From: Fimbriosthenelais zetlandica
Lineage: Eukaryota
Assembly (NCBI GenBank): GCA_977030845.1
Contig: OZ365112.1
Location: 34,472,001-34,536,000, forward strand
Reading direction: 5' to 3'
Length of the DNA stretch: 64,000 bases
Shown: piece after piece, positions 60,891 through 64,000 of the stretch
How the letters are laid out: each line of letters begins with the position of its first letter
How positions within the stretch are numbered: position 1 is the first letter of the stretch
Made by a program: the position numbers and the translations under genes
The notes under the pieces: generated by a model
What the model was told of the DNA's origin: nothing
The model's database searches: none
Seen by the model: only the letters and a program-made list of their open reading frames with translations

Positions 60891-61227
60891 GGGCTCATCC
60901 ACTAGGTCGCAAGGGGCAAGAGATTGCTTGCGATCATGTTATTAGGATCAGAAGCGATCACATAGATGTGGATGAAGTGCCAGCGATCTGATCGCCAAGT
61001 ACAAGCGATCGGATCGCTTGTGTTCATTCACGTAAGCAATTGGATCGTGAAGTTCATGCGATCAGATCGCCCGTGTTAATCCATATAAGCGATCTGATCG
61101 CTAGGTACATTGGGGATCGCTTTTAATCGCACAAAATATTAAACATTCTAAATATTGAGCGATTTGATCGCTAGTGATCGCTTATCGCGGGTGATCGCTT
61201 CACCCTTGCGACCTAGTAGATGAGGCC
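60891..61227. mobile_element. 337-bp MITE with internal AGCGATC/GATCGCT repeats
   Basis: TIRs gggctcatccactaggtcgcaaggg and cccttgcgacctagtagatgaggcc, TA on both flanks. Confidence 0.8.
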
Positions 61228-62646
61228 TATAAGCCTACACTGTAAATGTTTCAAAGAAATATTAGGCCTATATCTTTAGGCCTAACTGTATGGTCTGCCT
61301 ACAAATGACACCCCTAAAGCGCATTAGGAGTGTGTGGGATTATTTTCTAACATTTGTAATCCTCAAAATTGGTAAAAGCAAAATAGGCCTATCAGAAAAT
61401 TAGCATAGGCCTATCCTTTCATCCAGAGAAATTATTTGTCAAATAAGCCTAGGCCATTTAGTAGTGGTATGGCCTATAGGTATATAGGCCTACAACTACC
61501 CATGATGTCACCGATGGGGGGAAACACTGCGCTGGGGAAATACCGTGCTTTCTGATAACTTCATACAAAATATGGACACAACTTCCTGTGACATCATAGG
61601 AAGTTGGGCACAACGTCATATGAAGTTGTGCACTAGTTTATAAGAAGTTGTGCTTACACAACTTCCTGCGACGTCACACACACACACAATCATGGTGGCC
61701 ACCGTGGTGATCGTTCAGAAAAAAGTTCAAAAGTGATCTTCTCCAGGGTTTTTGGAGGCAAAATGTGGTGAAAACAAATGCCACTATATAAAAGTATGGC
61801 TGTGTAAAAAATCAAAACAATCTGTCCAGCGGTTTGGGAGGAGTTACATATAATCACACTTTTCGAGTTTTTAACTCCTATATTACAAGTACTTTTGTGC
61901 CAAAACTCTACCAACAACCACACTCCCTCCCACGGAACACACTCCCTCGCAACGAACATGCTTTCTCCCACCAAACATGCTCTCTCCCACCAAACTCCCA
62001 TAACTTTTCACAGGTTTTCAATAACTTTTGACATTATAATCTTTTCAAGAGTTTACACAACCACCATTATATTTTATTCGCAGATTCCAGGATCAATTTT
62101 AGGTAGCAAGACACTCGATTCTATTCCTTCCTTTTTTCAGAATTATAAGAGTAAAATTCTCAATGATCAGTGTGAGCCTAGTTGGTCTGGAGGTAGAATA
62201 CTGGGCATATGGGAGGCCGTGATTCGAGGGTTCTATTCAGGGTCTGGCAGCTGGCTTTTCACAGTGGTCTAGATGAAATATTTTGTATTATTTAAACATT
62301 TTGAAAACCTTATGGACATTAGTATACCATGTCACATACACCTATGGATGCTGTTTATGGCCATGTAGAGTTGTTAGTGTGTAAAAGTTCTCACCTTTAA
62401 TAGATGTGTGTGTACTCAATGCGTGACCAACTGGTAGTGAGAAGGGGGGAAGGCTTTAGGCATATGGAAACTAAAAAGGGTTGTATAAGTGTGTACGTTA
62501 TGGGTTGGAAAGGTCACCAGACAGAGGAGGCGTCTGCTTTTAGGGTTTTATGGGTCTTTTATGTCTCCATGCCGGTAGTAAAACAAAGGGCATGTTGATT
62601 ATTTAATGACAATTCTAGGTGAATATTATGTGTTAATTCAGGTTAA

Positions 62647-64000
62647 ACAGGTGCTCACTTGAGCAATCTAATAAAGATTAAAACACTGCCATTAACTCAA
62701 GCAACATTAAAGTGTGTTGTCCTAAACACTAGATCTGTATGCAACAAGGCACTTACCATCTCTGAACATCTGCTTGAAATGAATTGTGATCTTGCATTCC
62801 TGACAGAAACTTGGTTGAGGCAATCAGACAGTGCTATAATCAAGGACCTATGCCCTCCTGGGTACAGTTTCAAATCAGGACCCAGATCTGGGAAACGGGG
62901 TGGTGGCATAGGACTTCTCCATCGTGATACGATGAAACCAAAGAGACTGACCCCTGGGGTACATATAACATCTTTTGAGTCAATGATTTTCACAGTATCT
63001 AAACCAACGTCTTTGTTACTTGGCATCATTTATCGGCCTCCAAAGGCCATATCTGCAACCAATGACGTGTTCCTAGCAGAGTTTGAAGACCTGCTCTCCG
63101 CGCTCTCCTGCCTACCAGCCAAAATGCTGATCTGTGGGGACTTTAATATCCACATGGATCAACCAAACATCCCATCAGTCAGGCAGTTCACCAACCTACT
63201 TGACACTTACAACGTATGTCAGAATGTCGTAGGCAGTACGCACTCTGCAGGACACACACTGGACCTAGTCCTCACGAAGAATGAAGACTTCCTTTTATGT
63301 TCTGCACCGACTGTTCTGGATATGACAATCGCTGACCATAACACAGTCGTCTTCGACATCTGGGGAATGAGACCAAAGCCAAAAATAATCAAATCACAAG
63401 GACGCGATTATCGTAACTTAGACAAGGACCTGTTCACGGAAGATCTCCTCCAGGGTATCAACAATATAGACATGGACGATAGCATGGAAGACGTCTTTGT
63501 CAACTATGATAAGGCCATACAACTATCCTTGGATAAACATGCCCCTCTAGTGACACGCCAGAGGAAAGTCAGACCTTCATACCCTTGGTACGATGAGCAA
63601 CTCCAGGAGTTAAGATCAATCCGACGGTCTGATGAAAATCGCTGGCGGAAGACTAAGCTCCATGTTCACCGGCAGATCTATGAGCAGTCTCGTGATAATG
63701 TCAACAGCTACTTGCCGACAGCCAAATCACGTCACTATGCAAGCAAGTTCTCTTGTGGCGACCAGAAGTCTACATACAGTGCACTGAAGTCCCTCCTGAA
63801 GGATGATCCCCCGCTGCTCCCTGAGTCGAGTGACTTGTCTGACACATGTGAGAAGTTCTCTGACTTCTTCACCCAGAAAATTGCAAAGATTATGGCAGTA
63901 CTTGATTTGAGAAGCCAATCCACCCTGTCAGACATTCCCATCCACACTGTATCCAAACCACTGGAAATTCTGGATCCTGTTGACTCAAGCGAGTTACAGA
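62647..64000 (+). CDS. CR1/L2-clade LINE ORF2, APE endonuclease and linker; open to the window end
   Basis: Frame open from 62647: LNTRSVCNK, DLAFLTETWL, RGGGIGLL, IIYRPPK, ICGDFNIH, THSAGHTLDLVLT, IADH, LDKHAP, PWYDEQL, FSDFFTQKI. Missing from the ORF track because it has no stop in the window. Confidence 0.93.

Noticed and set aside
62697-63029. Minus-strand 110-aa ORF
   Set aside because: Antisense to the LINE endonuclease frame.

Overview
AT-rich, intron-containing animal DNA, probably from a marine invertebrate, dominated by nested transposable elements. From left to right: (1) a Ty3/Gypsy LTR retrotransposon on the minus strand, with open gag and pol, a -1 frameshift signal, an Arg-type PBS and its 5' LTR at 5926-6403; the 3' LTR lies outside the window. 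(2) Two exons of a METTL27/WBSCR27-like methyltransferase, possibly a pseudogene. (3) MITEs and palindromes, then a degraded unassigned DDE transposase. (4) An EnSpm/CACTA transposase split by an 11.3-kb Academ (XPG-type) transposon, whose long inverted arms are built from ~354-bp tandem units. (5) Kolobok, Helitron/Pif1, BTB, Gypsy, hAT and AcademH/RecQ-like remnants, a solo LTR with ATAT TSD, two minisatellites and a piggyBac MITE. (6) A young 7.36-kb LTR element (606-bp LTRs, tRNA-His PBS, CATG TSD) with no recognisable gag/pol. It carries a triplicated motif whose stems show compensatory base changes, which is the most interesting signal seen. (7) An intact three-exon carbohydrate sulfotransferase gene and the endonuclease half of a CR1/L2-type LINE ORF2 running off the right end. 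All family assignments come from motif recognition by eye, not from database searches.
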